Shown here one piece after another: positions 1 to 9,993 of a stretch of 64,000 nt of DNA. Source of the stretch: Clostridia bacterium (GTDB lineage: Bacteria; Bacillota; Clostridia; Christensenellales; Aristaeellaceae); the NCBI GenBank assembly GCA_045546035.1, contig JAZQCB010000035.1, forward strand, positions 6,445 to 70,444, written 5' to 3'. Position 1 is the stretch's first letter, and every line of letters starts with the position of its first letter. The translations under genes were made by a program, and so were the position numbers. Under the pieces are notes generated by a model. The model did not search any database. It was not told where the DNA came from and saw only the letters and a program-made list of their open reading frames with translations.

Positions 1-503
1 AGGGGATAGAAGACCGTGCAGCTAGTTCCGGCCACATCCCGGAAACCCTCCAGGGCGGCCTTCCCGGTATCCCCGCTGGTGGCCACCAGGATCGAGACTT
101 CCCTGTTTTCTCCGTTTTTCGCGGCGCTGAGCCGGATCAGGTGGGGAAGGAGCTGCAGGGCCATATCCTTGAAGGCCAGGGTCGGCCCGTGAAACAGCTC
201 CAGCACCCAGGTCTTCCCGTCCAGCTGGCGGAGCGGAGCCACTTCCGGATCATCGAAACGACCTTCCCCGTAGGCGGCGTCCACCGCGCCGGCGACTTCC
301 CGCGAGGAAAAATCCTCCAGAAAAAGCCGGAGGATGCTCTCGGCCCGGCGGGCATAGGGAAGGCTTCCCATCGCGGCGACGGCTTCCGGGGCCACCCCGG
401 GAAACATGGCGGGAACGAAAAGCCCCCCGTCGGGGGCGAGCCCGCGGAGGATCGCCTGGCTAGCGGTTACGCAGGCGCCGCCCCGAGTCGAAAAAAAGGA
501 CAT
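1..503 (-). CDS. thrC: threonine synthase, 5' part (runs off window edge)
   Basis: Hand translation from ATG 503: MSFFSTRG...GLAPDGGLFVP...ELFHGPTLAFKDMALQLLP...VATSGDTGKAA, the hallmark ThrC motifs including the PLP lysine (FKD); GGGAG RBS upstream. Absent from the ORF track because it is partial. Confidence 0.95.
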   Translation of the reverse strand, partial: MSFFSTRGGACVTASQAILRGLAPDGGLFVPAMFPGVAPEAVAAMGSLPYARRAESILRLFLEDFSSREVAGAVDAAYGEGRFDDPEVAPLRQLDGKTWVLELFHGPTLAFKDMALQLLPHLIRLSAAKNGENREVSILVATSGDTGKAALEGFRDVAGTSCTVFYP

Positions 504-643
504 CGCAATTCACGCTCCCTTTGATGACAGAGGGCGGCGCCTTCCGGACGCCGCCCCCGGCCTGTTTCAAATCGGACAATCCGGCCGCGGAACGGGGCGG
601 ACGCCTTCCGGCGCCACCCCTGCCAGGGACGGAAAGACCCGGA

Positions 644-1057
644 TCAGATCAGATACTGTTTCAGGAAGGCGGGCAGCTCTTCCGGATCCGCGCTCAGGGA
701 AAGGACAAAATCGACATTCTGGCGGGCACCCAGCTCCACCAACACGGAAATAACAGGCTCCGCTTCCTCGAGGGAGGAAATGCGGCTCAGCTTCAGGAAG
801 GCGTCGACAAACACCGTTCCAACATCGTAATTGGAGCTGAGGATGCCGCAGAGGAACCCGATAAACATATCCGTCGTCCGGACGTGATAATCGGCGGCGT
901 TTATGAAGCGAACCTTATGGTCCACATCGTACATATAGCGGTTGTCGTCGTCAAGGAAAATGACATCATGCACCGCTTCGTGGGCCGTCGCGTTGGCCAG
1001 GTCGATCAGGCGCTTGGTTTTTCCGGAGCCTTTTTTTCCTGCAATTACCTGTATCAT
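644..1057 (-). CDS. small conserved P-loop protein of unknown function
   Basis: MIQVIAGKKGSGKTKRLID Walker A at the N-terminus, VFVDAF Walker-B-like strand; AGGAGG RBS supports the ATG at 1057 rather than 1066. Confidence 0.8.
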   Translation of the reverse strand: MIQVIAGKKGSGKTKRLIDLANATAHEAVHDVIFLDDDNRYMYDVDHKVRFINAADYHVRTTDMFIGFLCGILSSNYDVGTVFVDAFLKLSRISSLEEAEPVISVLVELGARQNVDFVLSLSADPEELPAFLKQYLI

Positions 1058-1071
1058 GGGGATCAACCTCC

Positions 1072-4000
1072 TTATAGGTTTTCACTGGAAGCATTATACC
1101 GCAATTTTCCCTGCCGCGCAACCGGAGATTTACCCGGGACTTCCGGGGCCGCGGGAGGCTGTTTCTCCGGCGCGCCTTCGGGGGAAGCGGCGGCGTCGGC
1201 AAAGGAGATTCCCTTGTCCAGGGGACGGAAGTCTTCCTTCTGGGGGGCGCAGAAAGACCGGTAGTCGCAGTAGGTGCAGGCGGAAAACCGGTCGCTTTCC
1301 CAGGAAGGGGAAGCCTGGATTTCTCCGGAGCGGATTTTTTCGCACAGGTCGGCGGCCACTCTTCCCGCGGCGTCCATCAGGCCGGAAAGGGTCTTTTCCT
1401 CCAGCGCCCAGCCGGCATTCGCCCGAGGCGTTTTTCCGTCCTTCAGAAAGACGGAATCCAGCGAAAAGGGGGATTTGTCCCGGTCCGTGGCGCGGAGGAT
1501 GCCTTCCTCCCGCAGAACGACGCCCCTGAGCCGGACGCTTTTGAGCCTTTCGCTTTCCGCGTCCTCGGGGGAGAGAGCGTCCACCTCCTCGTCGGTGACG
1601 GGGAAATAGAAGGCGCCGGCGGGCCTGGCGGCGGGATTGTTCCCAAGGGCGGCCTTCAGATAGATCATCAGCTGGAGCTGCTCCCCCCGGATCATTTTGG
1701 CGGGATCCAGGGCCCGGGGGGAGCTTTTCAGATCCAGAATCCGAAGATACTCCCCATCGGGCCCGCGCCAGGCGTCCATTCGGTCGATTTTGCCCCGGAG
1801 GGCCACCCGGCTTCCGTCCGAAAGGGTCAGGATCATCGGAGGCAGCCCCTCGGGGGAGCCGAATTCCATTTCGGTTCCGACGACCCGGAAATCGCTGTTG
1901 GCGGCAAATCGGGTCAGAACATCCGCGGCGTGCCGGGCCCGTCGGAGCAGATCTTCCCCTTTCCAGAGGCCGGCGGCGCCGGCGGTCAGGGGACTGTCGG
2001 CCCATTCCTCCGCCAGATGGGTCAGGATCCCGTCCATCAGGCGGTTTACCTTTTCCTCCGAAAGCCGGGGCCAGTCCGCCTCCCGCGACGCGCGGTCGAT
2101 AAACCGCTGGAGCGCCAGATGAAAGAAGTCACCGGCATCGAGGGCGGAAAAATCAAAGGCCTCCGGCAGCCTGGGCCGCAGCCCGTAGGTCAGAAAATGC
2201 TTATAGGGACAGGAGGCGTAGCATTCCAGGCGGGAGATGGAGATCCGGTTCCCGTGGAAGAGGCGGAGGGCGGTTTCCGGCGGAATTCGCCCGGGCGAGG
2301 GCTGGCGCTCCGCCCGGCGAACCATCTCCCGGACGGCGGGAGTATCAGGCCAGAGAGCGCGCAGGGCGCCGCGCCAGGGGCGGTCCAGGTCCTCCGTCTC
2401 GCCCGCCATCAGCTGGCGCAGGCGGCCACCCAGCCCTTCCAGCGCCTGGGAGCGCGTCCGCGGGGAAGTGGCGCCTTCGGAAAAGGAAAGGCCGCCTTCC
2501 TGGGACAGGAGGGGGAAGAGGCGGCGCAGCTCGGCCACGGGCTCGCCGGGCAGCAGCCCCGCCCCGTTTTCATCCCGCAGGCAGAAGCTGACCCGCAGGC
2601 GCTTTTCCGGCAGGGTCATGGCCCGGTAGTAATCGGAACGGAGAAGCAGCCCCCGCCGGACCCGGTCCAGCCCCACGGTTTTGCCGGTCCGGTCCTTGAG
2701 AGCCTTCCGCTCCCGATCGCTCAGCAGTCCATCGTCTCCGGGAGAAAGAACGCCGTCGTTCATCCCGGAAAGGATCAGCGCGTCGATTTCGCCGGGGAGC
2801 ATATGGCCGATCTCTCCCAGAAGAACGCCCTCCTCTTCCTCGGGCAGCGCGTTCAGGCGGGCCCGATCCAGCGCGCCGGACAGGAGAAGATGCATTTCCT
2901 TCAGGCTGGCCCGACGTTCCCCCAGCAGGGCCCAGAGCTGGTCGAGCAGGTTCATCAGCAAATCCCAGACCTGGCGATCCACCACGGCTTCGGCATACAG
3001 CTCCCGGGAAAGAAGATCCTCCTGGCGGGCGGTGAGCTGCGCGTGAACGCCGGTTTCCTCCAGAAAGCGGAAGACGGCCTCCACGCCCGCGGAGGCGTCC
3101 CGCGCGCCCAGGAGGGCATCATGGAGCCGCTCCACCGGGGCAATCAGCTTTTCCCGCAGGGGCTCCATTTCCGCAGCGTCGTCCCCCCGGCGGAAGGGCC
3201 GCTTCCATCCGCCATGCTCAATGCCGTGCGCCCGGGCGTAATTGGCCAGGCGTGATCCTTCCTCCCGGGAGAGGGGACCGAAACCGCAGCAGGCCATTTC
3301 CAGCACCGTGTCCGAGACGAAGCCCGAGGCGGCGCAGGCCAGCGCTCCGATCAGAAGCCGGCTGACTCCATGGCGGGAAACCGCGTCCTTGCGGCTGTAG
3401 AAGAAAGGAATCCGGCTGGCTCGAAGGGCGGCGGCCAGGGCGCTGCCAAAGGCGGAGGCACCGGGCAGGGCCACCGCCATCCGCTTCCAGGGAATGCCCT
3501 CCCCATGCCAGGTCTGGAGGACAGAAACGGCGCTGAGCGCCTCGGCGGTGGGATGGGAGGCGGCAAACAGGGACAGCTCCCCGCAAAGAGGGGCGGGAAA
3601 CGTTTCCGAGGCGTCGGAGAAAAGATGCCCTTCCAGAAAACTCAGGGGATCCGCGGCGCCGGGATGCGGCTCCTGCAAATAAGCCAAATCGCAGGGGATG
3701 CCTTTTTCCTCCAGCAGACGCGTCAGGTTTTCTGCGCTGTCCCGCTGAACCTGGAAAATCCGGCCGGAGGGGGAGGCCGCGGGCGCCATGGTCAGGGCCA
3801 CGGAAACGGAGAAACACAGGGGCGCGGCGCTGAGAATCATCTCCCGAAGGTCGGGCCGGACCGTATCGAACCCGTAGACATACAGATCGATCCCGTCCCA
3901 GAGACGGGCGGAAGGGAGCCTTTCGCAAAGATCGCTCCAGACCCGGGCCGGATCGTCAAACCGGCCGCCGATCAGGTTTTCATAGGCCTGCCAGATCAGG

Positions 4001-4467
4001 CCGAGGTCATGATATTTGGCCTGACCGGCGCCGCGGCTGTCCCGGCTCATTTCGGCCAGACGCTCGGGCGTAAAGTCCTCCTCCCGGAGCTCCTCCAGGG
4101 TTTGCTCCATACGCGGAACCGTTCCGGAGGAGACGCCGGGATTTTTATAAAAGAGGAGATCCGCCGCGCATTCGTTCATGGCGCGGTGCAGCGCCATGGC
4201 GCGGCCGGCGCCGTCCAGCTCGCGCAATCCGGAGGCGCCCGCCCGCTCGCGGATCAGGGTTTTCCACTTTGTCGGGCTGAGCACATCCAGATCCAGCAGG
4301 CCGGGAAGATTCAGCCCCGCCATCAGATCCCGCTCGGCCTGGAGGGTATACTGCTCCGGCACGAAGACCGTCACTCTCCGGCCGGCGGCCCGGCTTTCCG
4401 CGACCCTGCGGAGGAGCCAGGGGCGAAGGGTCCCGCTGCGCCCGCCGACGATATGAACAGAAGCCAT
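1072..4467 (-). CDS. addB: AddB/RexB-type helicase-nuclease subunit B
   Basis: VPEQYTLQAERDL and VYGFD motifs; C-terminal PD-(D/E)xK nuclease (GKIDRMD, ILDLKSS) with Fe-S cysteines (CPYK...CTYCDYRSFC); AAGGAGG RBS before ATG 4467. Confidence 0.9.
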   Translation of the reverse strand: MASVHIVGGRSGTLRPWLLRRVAESRAAGRRVTVFVPEQYTLQAERDLMAGLNLPGLLDLDVLSPTKWKTLIRERAGASGLRELDGAGRAMALHRAMNECAADLLFYKNPGVSSGTVPRMEQTLEELREEDFTPERLAEMSRDSRGAGQAKYHDLGLIWQAYENLIGGRFDDPARVWSDLCERLPSARLWDGIDLYVYGFDTVRPDLREMILSAAPLCFSVSVALTMAPAASPSGRIFQVQRDSAENLTRLLEEKGIPCDLAYLQEPHPGAADPLSFLEGHLFSDASETFPAPLCGELSLFAASHPTAEALSAVSVLQTWHGEGIPWKRMAVALPGASAFGSALAAALRASRIPFFYSRKDAVSRHGVSRLLIGALACAASGFVSDTVLEMACCGFGPLSREEGSRLANYARAHGIEHGGWKRPFRRGDDAAEMEPLREKLIAPVERLHDALLGARDASAGVEAVFRFLEETGVHAQLTARQEDLLSRELYAEAVVDRQVWDLLMNLLDQLWALLGERRASLKEMHLLLSGALDRARLNALPEEEEGVLLGEIGHMLPGEIDALILSGMNDGVLSPGDDGLLSDRERKALKDRTGKTVGLDRVRRGLLLRSDYYRAMTLPEKRLRVSFCLRDENGAGLLPGEPVAELRRLFPLLSQEGGLSFSEGATSPRTRSQALEGLGGRLRQLMAGETEDLDRPWRGALRALWPDTPAVREMVRRAERQPSPGRIPPETALRLFHGNRISISRLECYASCPYKHFLTYGLRPRLPEAFDFSALDAGDFFHLALQRFIDRASREADWPRLSEEKVNRLMDGILTHLAEEWADSPLTAGAAGLWKGEDLLRRARHAADVLTRFAANSDFRVVGTEMEFGSPEGLPPMILTLSDGSRVALRGKIDRMDAWRGPDGEYLRILDLKSSPRALDPAKMIRGEQLQLMIYLKAALGNNPAARPAGAFYFPVTDEEVDALSPEDAESERLKSVRLRGVVLREEGILRATDRDKSPFSLDSVFLKDGKTPRANAGWALEEKTLSGLMDAAGRVAADLCEKIRSGEIQASPSWESDRFSACTYCDYRSFCAPQKEDFRPLDKGISFADAAASPEGAPEKQPPAAPEVPGKSPVARQGKLRYNASSENL

Positions 4468-4627
4468 GAAAGAATGCGCCTCCTTCTTCCGGAAATGGAA
4501 CGGCGGCGGGGGACGGAAAAAGACCCTCCGCCGGAAAACACGGATTTGTGGGGGATAATGCCGGGTCGGCCCCGATCTTTGATTTCGGATACACTTTCCC
4601 CGTTTTCGGGGAAGCCTCGCGACTGCT

Positions 4628-4656
4628 ATTTTACCATGGGAGGAAAAGGGAAGCAA
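4628..4656 (-). promoter_or_regulatory. sigma-70-type promoter for addB
   Basis: Minus strand TTGCTT-17bp-TAAAAT with TG extension. Confidence 0.55.
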
Positions 4657-4737
4657 GACGGAGAAAAAGCGAAGCGAACCGGTACATCCACCCGGAAGGA
4701 AACGGTTACGCCTTTCCCGGATGAAAAACAGTTACGA

Positions 4738-4766
4738 TTGTCTTTTGGGACGGATACGGGTATAAT
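4738..4766 (+). promoter_or_regulatory. sigma-70-type promoter for the DUF3048 gene
   Basis: TTGTCT-17bp-TATAAT. Confidence 0.65.
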
Positions 4767-4818
4767 GGGATACAAACCTCCGGGGAGACGGAGCGGAGAA
4801 AAAGGGGTGGAACGAAAC

Positions 4819-7185
4819 ATGAAAAGATGGATCAGTCTGCTGCTTTGCCTGGTCATGGCGCTGAGCGCCGCGGCGGGCCTGGCGGAGGAGGGCGTCTCCA
4901 AAGCCGAAAGCGAGGCGGAACGCTGGGTATCGGACTTTCTGGCCGCCCAGAAGGCAAAGCAGAAGGATCCCTGGGTGCTGGCGATCCTGGAAGGCGGCGC
5001 CCGGGAGATCGAGATGACGGAGGAGAGCGTTCGCTTCCGGCTGCGCAGCTTTAATCCGAATCTGGCCGCCATCGGCTCCTACGCCAAGGCGCCGGACAAG
5101 GACGCCTGGCGGAAGGCGGCGATGGAGAACGTTACGGCCTACGGGCTGGAGGTTACCGTGGCGCGCCAGGCGGACGGCGCCGCTTCCGCCAAGAGCGCGG
5201 CCGCGTTCCTGAATACGGTGAAAAGGGAAGCGGGAGCCGCCAAAGGCGCTTTCGGGAAGAAGGAGTTTACCGAGGGGCTGGCCTCCCTGCTGTTCTGCCA
5301 GCCCACGGCGGACAAAAAGCCCACCGCCGCTTCCCTGATGACGGCCAGGGATGAGTTCGCGGCCTTTATCGGCGCGCGGGAGGACATGTTCCCCTGCGAG
5401 AGCCCCGCGGAATGGGCGCCCCTCTTCTATGCCCAGCGGAACGTCCAGTTTACGGTGAAAAACGGTCCGCATAACCTGACGCTCAGATGGGACGGGGTGG
5501 CGCCGGAAAACCTGCTGAACGCCGCCTATGACGCAGCCTCGGCGGAGCTGAGCAGCGTTCCCGCGGCCCAGCGGGCCAAGGAGGACAGCCTTTCCTATCT
5601 GTGGCGCAGCTCCCTGGCCGCGGCGGCGGTCAACGCCAAGAAGGGCCGGCTTCAGACCCAGACCGCGGTTTTCGATATCGACGAGCTGGCGGCCGGCAAG
5701 GTGCCGCAGGGATACAGCGCCTATTTCGGACGGTATAACGCGGGGGAAACCTTCGCGAATCTGGTGGAGGGATACCGGCAGATGCCGGCGGAAGCCTCCC
5801 AGCCGCTGCCGAAAACCGGCGTCATCAGCCAGGTTCAGAAAAAAGGCGTGAGCGTGATCGTCAAGGTGCCCAAGGACGGCCGCAACACCTATGTTCAGCT
5901 GCGGGACGCGGATACCGGCGTAATCCAGGCGGAGGCCTTCATCGCTCCCGGGAAGAACGTGACCATGAAGGTGGCGGAGAGCTTCTATACCGCCCAGTTC
6001 GCGACGGGCTCCACCTGGTATGGGACGGAGGGCGTCTTCGGCCCCCTGGGCAATTATACCTGCACGAATGAGTTTTCCGTTTCCAACCGGAACAAGTGGA
6101 AGCTGACCCCGGAAACCGAACAGCCCGGCATCGAGCTTCACTCCATTACCGCGGCGGACTTCGCGCCCACCGAGGACAAATCCGTTCATCTGATCGGCGT
6201 GCTGGAGGCGGAGGTGCCCCTGGGAGACTATCCGGAAAACAACCCGGTGATCTCCGGGGAAAGCTCCCTGACGGGGCTGGCCGCCTCCGGCGAGGCCTAT
6301 ACGCCGGTGGTCATGGTGCTTGACAACGCGGAGGACGCCTATCCCCACTGGGGCGTTTCCCAGGCTGACCTGATCCTGCAGATTCCCAACGCCGGCGCCG
6401 GCGCCACGAAGCTGCTGGCCGTCTTCGGCAACCAGTATCCGGAGCAGGCGGGCCCCGTCCGCTCCGGCCGGTCCTCCATGCTGCCTGTCGCCCTGAGCTT
6501 TGACGCGGCCTTCGCCTTTGCCGGCCCACCGGCGGTTCACGGCGGACAGGTGGACGTGGAACAGATGCTGGTGGAATTCGGGATGACCCGGTCCCACCGG
6601 GTGTATAACCTGCTGAGCAACAGCGACTATAAGGAGCGGATCAAGAACATCGGCTCCCACAACCTGTCCTGCCATGTGGCGAAGATTCACGGGCATCTGG
6701 CGGACATTGGGGAGGAATTCGAGGAACGGCCCTTCCTGTTTACCGACGAAAAGAGGACGGAGGGCAGGAACGCCAACATCATCCGGGTGCTCCACAGGGG
6801 CGAGAATCCCAAGGGCAACTCCAATTCCGCCAGCCGCGCGGTTTTCCGCTATGTGCCGGAGGAAAACGCCTATACCCGGACCAACTCCAGCGGCGTATAT
6901 GTCGACCGCGAAACCGGCGAAACCGTAACCTTCGCCAACGTCCTGGTGCTGCGGGTGCCGATGGCCTACGAAAAGAACTACATCTACCTGCACAGGCACA
7001 TGGTGGGCTCCGGCAGCCTGGAGATTTTCCAGAGCGGGAAATACGCCCGGGGCGCCTGGGTCCGGGACGAAATCGGCTCCCGGCTGGTGCTTGTGGATGA
7101 AAACGGCGAGGAGCTGAAGCTTCAGCGGGGCAAGACCTTTATCGTCGTGACCAACGAAGTGACCGAAGTCATCTTTACGGAATGA
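4819..7185 (+). CDS. secreted protein with C-terminal DUF3048 (YerB-like) domain
   Basis: Signal peptide MKRWISLLLCLVMALSAAAGLA; C-terminal LTGL...MVLDNAEDAYPHWGVSQADL...GPVRSGR resembles DUF3048. The ORF-track start at 3370 is an overlap artefact. Confidence 0.75.
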   Translation: MKRWISLLLCLVMALSAAAGLAEEGVSKAESEAERWVSDFLAAQKAKQKDPWVLAILEGGAREIEMTEESVRFRLRSFNPNLAAIGSYAKAPDKDAWRKAAMENVTAYGLEVTVARQADGAASAKSAAAFLNTVKREAGAAKGAFGKKEFTEGLASLLFCQPTADKKPTAASLMTARDEFAAFIGAREDMFPCESPAEWAPLFYAQRNVQFTVKNGPHNLTLRWDGVAPENLLNAAYDAASAELSSVPAAQRAKEDSLSYLWRSSLAAAAVNAKKGRLQTQTAVFDIDELAAGKVPQGYSAYFGRYNAGETFANLVEGYRQMPAEASQPLPKTGVISQVQKKGVSVIVKVPKDGRNTYVQLRDADTGVIQAEAFIAPGKNVTMKVAESFYTAQFATGSTWYGTEGVFGPLGNYTCTNEFSVSNRNKWKLTPETEQPGIELHSITAADFAPTEDKSVHLIGVLEAEVPLGDYPENNPVISGESSLTGLAASGEAYTPVVMVLDNAEDAYPHWGVSQADLILQIPNAGAGATKLLAVFGNQYPEQAGPVRSGRSSMLPVALSFDAAFAFAGPPAVHGGQVDVEQMLVEFGMTRSHRVYNLLSNSDYKERIKNIGSHNLSCHVAKIHGHLADIGEEFEERPFLFTDEKRTEGRNANIIRVLHRGENPKGNSNSASRAVFRYVPEENAYTRTNSSGVYVDRETGETVTFANVLVLRVPMAYEKNYIYLHRHMVGSGSLEIFQSGKYARGAWVRDEIGSRLVLVDENGEELKLQRGKTFIVVTNEVTEVIFTE

Positions 7186-7193
7186 TTATCCTG

Positions 7194-7220
7194 CCCCTCC
7201 GCGCCTTCCGCGGAGGGGCG
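7194..7220. terminator. GC-rich hairpin after the DUF3048 gene
   Basis: gcccctccgcg-ccttc-cgcggaggggc, 11-bp stem; U-tract is weak. Confidence 0.5.
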
Positions 7221-7279
7221 AGCTTGATTTGCGGCACCCGGTGGGCGAACCGCGGGAGAGGATGGAACGGAGGCCAGAC

Positions 7280-8224
7280 ATGAAAAACGGCATCGTGGTG
7301 GTCGGAACGGTCTTTGTGGATGTGAAAGGATATCCCCTGGGGAAATATATACCCGCCGGGAGAAACGCCGGACGGGTGGTTCAGGTACACGGGGGCGTCA
7401 GCCGGAACGTGGCGGAGGACATCGCCAATGTGGAGCTGCGCCCGACCTTTCTGACGGTGGTCGACAATGACGCGTCGGGGCACGCGGTGGTGGAGAAGCT
7501 GAAACGGCACAGGGTCAACACCCGCTATATCCGCTCCGCGCCAGGCGGCATGGGCACCTGGCTGGCGGTTTTCGACAACAGCGGGGATGTGGTGGCGTCC
7601 ATTTCCCAGCGGCCGGATCCCTCGATTCTGGGGGACGTGCTGCGGGAGCAGGGGGACGAAATCTTCTCCGAGGCGGACGCCATCGCCGTGGAGGCGGATC
7701 TGGAAGAAACGGTGCTCAAGCCCCTCCTGGATCTGGCGGACCGGCACGGCAAACCGGTTTACGCGCTGGTTTCCAACATGACCATCGCCATCGAGCGGCG
7801 GGATCTTCTGCGGCGGACCTCCTGCTTCGTATGCAACGGGCAGGAGGCGGGGCTGCTTTTCAGCGAGGATTATACCGGCATTCCGCCGGAGAAGCTGGCT
7901 GGGATGCTGCGGGACCGGATCCGGGACGGGGAAATCCGGCGGATGGTGGTCACCCTCGGCGGCGATGGCGCGGTGTACGCCGATCGGGAAGGACACTGCG
8001 GCGTTTGCCCGGCGGTGCCGGTGGACGTGGTGGATACCACCGGATGCGGCGACGCGTTTTTTGCCGGGGTCTGTATCGGAATGACCTATGGGAAAAGCCT
8101 GGCGGAGGCCTGCCAGATCGGCGCCCGGCTGGCCGCCTCGGTCATCGCCACCCGGGAAAACGTCTGTCCCCGGTTCCTGCCGGCGGAGTTCGACCTGCCC
8201 TCCCGGGAGGAGGAAACAGTGTGA
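7280..8224 (+). CDS. PfkB/ribokinase-family kinase (pseudouridine-kinase-like N-terminus)
   Basis: GGVSRNVAEDIA N-terminal motif and DTTGCGDAFFAG PfkB signature; GGAGG RBS before ATG 7280. Confidence 0.85.
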   Translation: MKNGIVVVGTVFVDVKGYPLGKYIPAGRNAGRVVQVHGGVSRNVAEDIANVELRPTFLTVVDNDASGHAVVEKLKRHRVNTRYIRSAPGGMGTWLAVFDNSGDVVASISQRPDPSILGDVLREQGDEIFSEADAIAVEADLEETVLKPLLDLADRHGKPVYALVSNMTIAIERRDLLRRTSCFVCNGQEAGLLFSEDYTGIPPEKLAGMLRDRIRDGEIRRMVVTLGGDGAVYADREGHCGVCPAVPVDVVDTTGCGDAFFAGVCIGMTYGKSLAEACQIGARLAASVIATRENVCPRFLPAEFDLPSREEETV

Positions 8225-8307
8225 AGGAAAAAAATCGGGCTTTTCAAACCGCTTCGGTTATGATAAAATAACAAACGGGCTTTTTGCCCGGAAAGGGAGC
8301 GGAAGGA

Positions 8308-9381
8308 ATGACCGCATCGGAAAAACTGGCGGAAACGCTTCATCTGCAGGCCGGGGAGGCCGTGGTGATCCATGATCCGTCCAACCTGTTCTACCTGACG
8401 GAGGGATACGGGGGCGAAGGCCTGGTCTATCTGTCCGAAGGGAAAAAAGTGATTATTACGGACTTCCGCTACACGGAAGCGGCGGAGCGCCAGGCCCCGG
8501 ATTTCGAAGTGGTCATGACGGACCGGGAGCACACGGCGGATCAGCGCCTCGCGGAGCTCTGCGAAAAGGAAAAAATCCGGGCGCTGCGCTACGAGAGCAA
8601 TTTCGTCTCCGTCGAAACCTATGAGAAGATGCGGGACGCGGTGGGGGAGGAAGTGGCTTTCTCCCCTCTGAACGGGGCGCCCCAGAAGATTCGCGAGATC
8701 AAGACCCCGGCGGAAATCGCCGTGATGCGGAAGGCGGCGGCCATTACCTCGGAGGCCTTCGAGGCGGTTCTGCCGAAGATCCGCGCCGGGATGACGGAAA
8801 AGGAGCTGCGGCTGGAGCTGGAATACATCATGTTCAAGCTGGGGGCTGACGGCCTGGCCTTTGACACGATCATCGCCAGCGGCGAAAACGGCAGCCTGCC
8901 GCACGCGGTTCCCGGCCTTCGGAAGCTGCGCCCGGGCGACATGATTACGATGGATTTCGGCGCCAAGGTCGGCGGATACTGCAGCGACATGACCCGCACG
9001 GTGGCCCTGGGAGAACCTTCCGCCGAGATGCGCCGGGTATACAATACGGTGCTCCGGGCCCAGAGCATGTGCGAGGCCGCGCTGGCCGCCGGGAAGAACT
9101 GCTTTGAGATCGACCGGCTCGCCAGGGACTACATCGATTCCCAGGGATATGCCGGCCGCTTCGGCCACGGGCTGGGGCACTGCGTCGGCATTGATATCCA
9201 CGAATCCCCCCGCCTGAGCCAGACGTGCCACGATACCCTGCGGGCGGGCATGGTGATTACCGTGGAGCCCGGGGTGTATCTGCCGGGGGTGGGCGGCGTC
9301 CGGATCGAGAACACCTGTCTGGTCCGGGAAAACGGCAGCGAGCCGCTGACCACCGCCCGCAAGGAACTGGTTATTCTGTAA
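8308..9381 (+). CDS. Xaa-Pro aminopeptidase (M24B, YqhT/PepP-like)
   Basis: SLPHAVP, DFGA...[26 protein letters not shown] metal ligands; directly upstream of efp, as is common in Firmicutes. Confidence 0.9.
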   Translation: MTASEKLAETLHLQAGEAVVIHDPSNLFYLTEGYGGEGLVYLSEGKKVIITDFRYTEAAERQAPDFEVVMTDREHTADQRLAELCEKEKIRALRYESNFVSVETYEKMRDAVGEEVAFSPLNGAPQKIREIKTPAEIAVMRKAAAITSEAFEAVLPKIRAGMTEKELRLELEYIMFKLGADGLAFDTIIASGENGSLPHAVPGLRKLRPGDMITMDFGAKVGGYCSDMTRTVALGEPSAEMRRVYNTVLRAQSMCEAALAAGKNCFEIDRLARDYIDSQGYAGRFGHGLGHCVGIDIHESPRLSQTCHDTLRAGMVITVEPGVYLPGVGGVRIENTCLVRENGSEPLTTARKELVIL

Positions 9382-9424
9382 GGGTAATAATGAAGCATAT
9401 GGAAGACGAAGGAGGAACAAACCA

Positions 9425-9982
9425 ATGATTACAGCTGGCGATTTCAAAAAGGGCATTACCGTGGAATGGGACGGCGGCGTCTGGACCATCGTGGACTTTC
9501 AGCATGTGAAGCCCGGCAAGGGCGCGGCCTTCGTGCGGACGAAGATCAAGAACGTCATGACCGGCGCGGTGGTGGAGCGCAGCTTCAACCCCACCGACAA
9601 GATGCCCCGGGCCATCATCGAAACCAAGGAAATGCAGTATGTGTACAACGACGGCGATCTGTACTACTTCATGGACGTGGAGACATATGAGCAGCTGCCC
9701 ATGACCCATGACCAGGTGGAGGACGCGATTCCCTTCGTCAAGGAAGGCACCAATGTGACCATGCGGTTCTTCAAGGGCAAGCCCTTCTCCGTGGAAGCGC
9801 CGAACTTTGTCGTGCTGGAAGTCACGGATACCGAGCCCGGCTTCGCCGGCGATACCGCCTCTAACACCTATAAGCCCGCCACCCTGGAAACCGGCTTCAG
9901 CCTGCAGGTTCCGCTGTTCATCAATACCGGCGACAAGATCCAGATCGACACCCGGACCGGCGAATACCTGAAGCGGGCCTGA
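9425..9982 (+). CDS. efp: elongation factor P
   Basis: [15 protein letters not shown] loop (lysine type) and [21 protein letters not shown]-terminus. Confidence 0.98.
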   Translation: MITAGDFKKGITVEWDGGVWTIVDFQHVKPGKGAAFVRTKIKNVMTGAVVERSFNPTDKMPRAIIETKEMQYVYNDGDLYYFMDVETYEQLPMTHDQVEDAIPFVKEGTNVTMRFFKGKPFSVEAPNFVVLEVTDTEPGFAGDTASNTYKPATLETGFSLQVPLFINTGDKIQIDTRTGEYLKRA

Positions 9983-9993
9983 TCGGAGGAAAA

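Noticed and set aside
504-643. T-box riboswitch upstream of thrC (GGGTGGCGCCG on the minus strand)
   Set aside because: It deviates from the GGTGGNACCGCG core, and the 140-nt gap leaves no room for stem I and the specifier loop.
3370-4818. N-terminal 483-codon extension of the DUF3048 ORF, and similar long ORF-track extensions on addB, the PPIase, the SDR and hlyC
   Set aside because: The extensions overlap other genes, tRNAs or promoters; the internal starts have RBSs and, where relevant, signal peptides.
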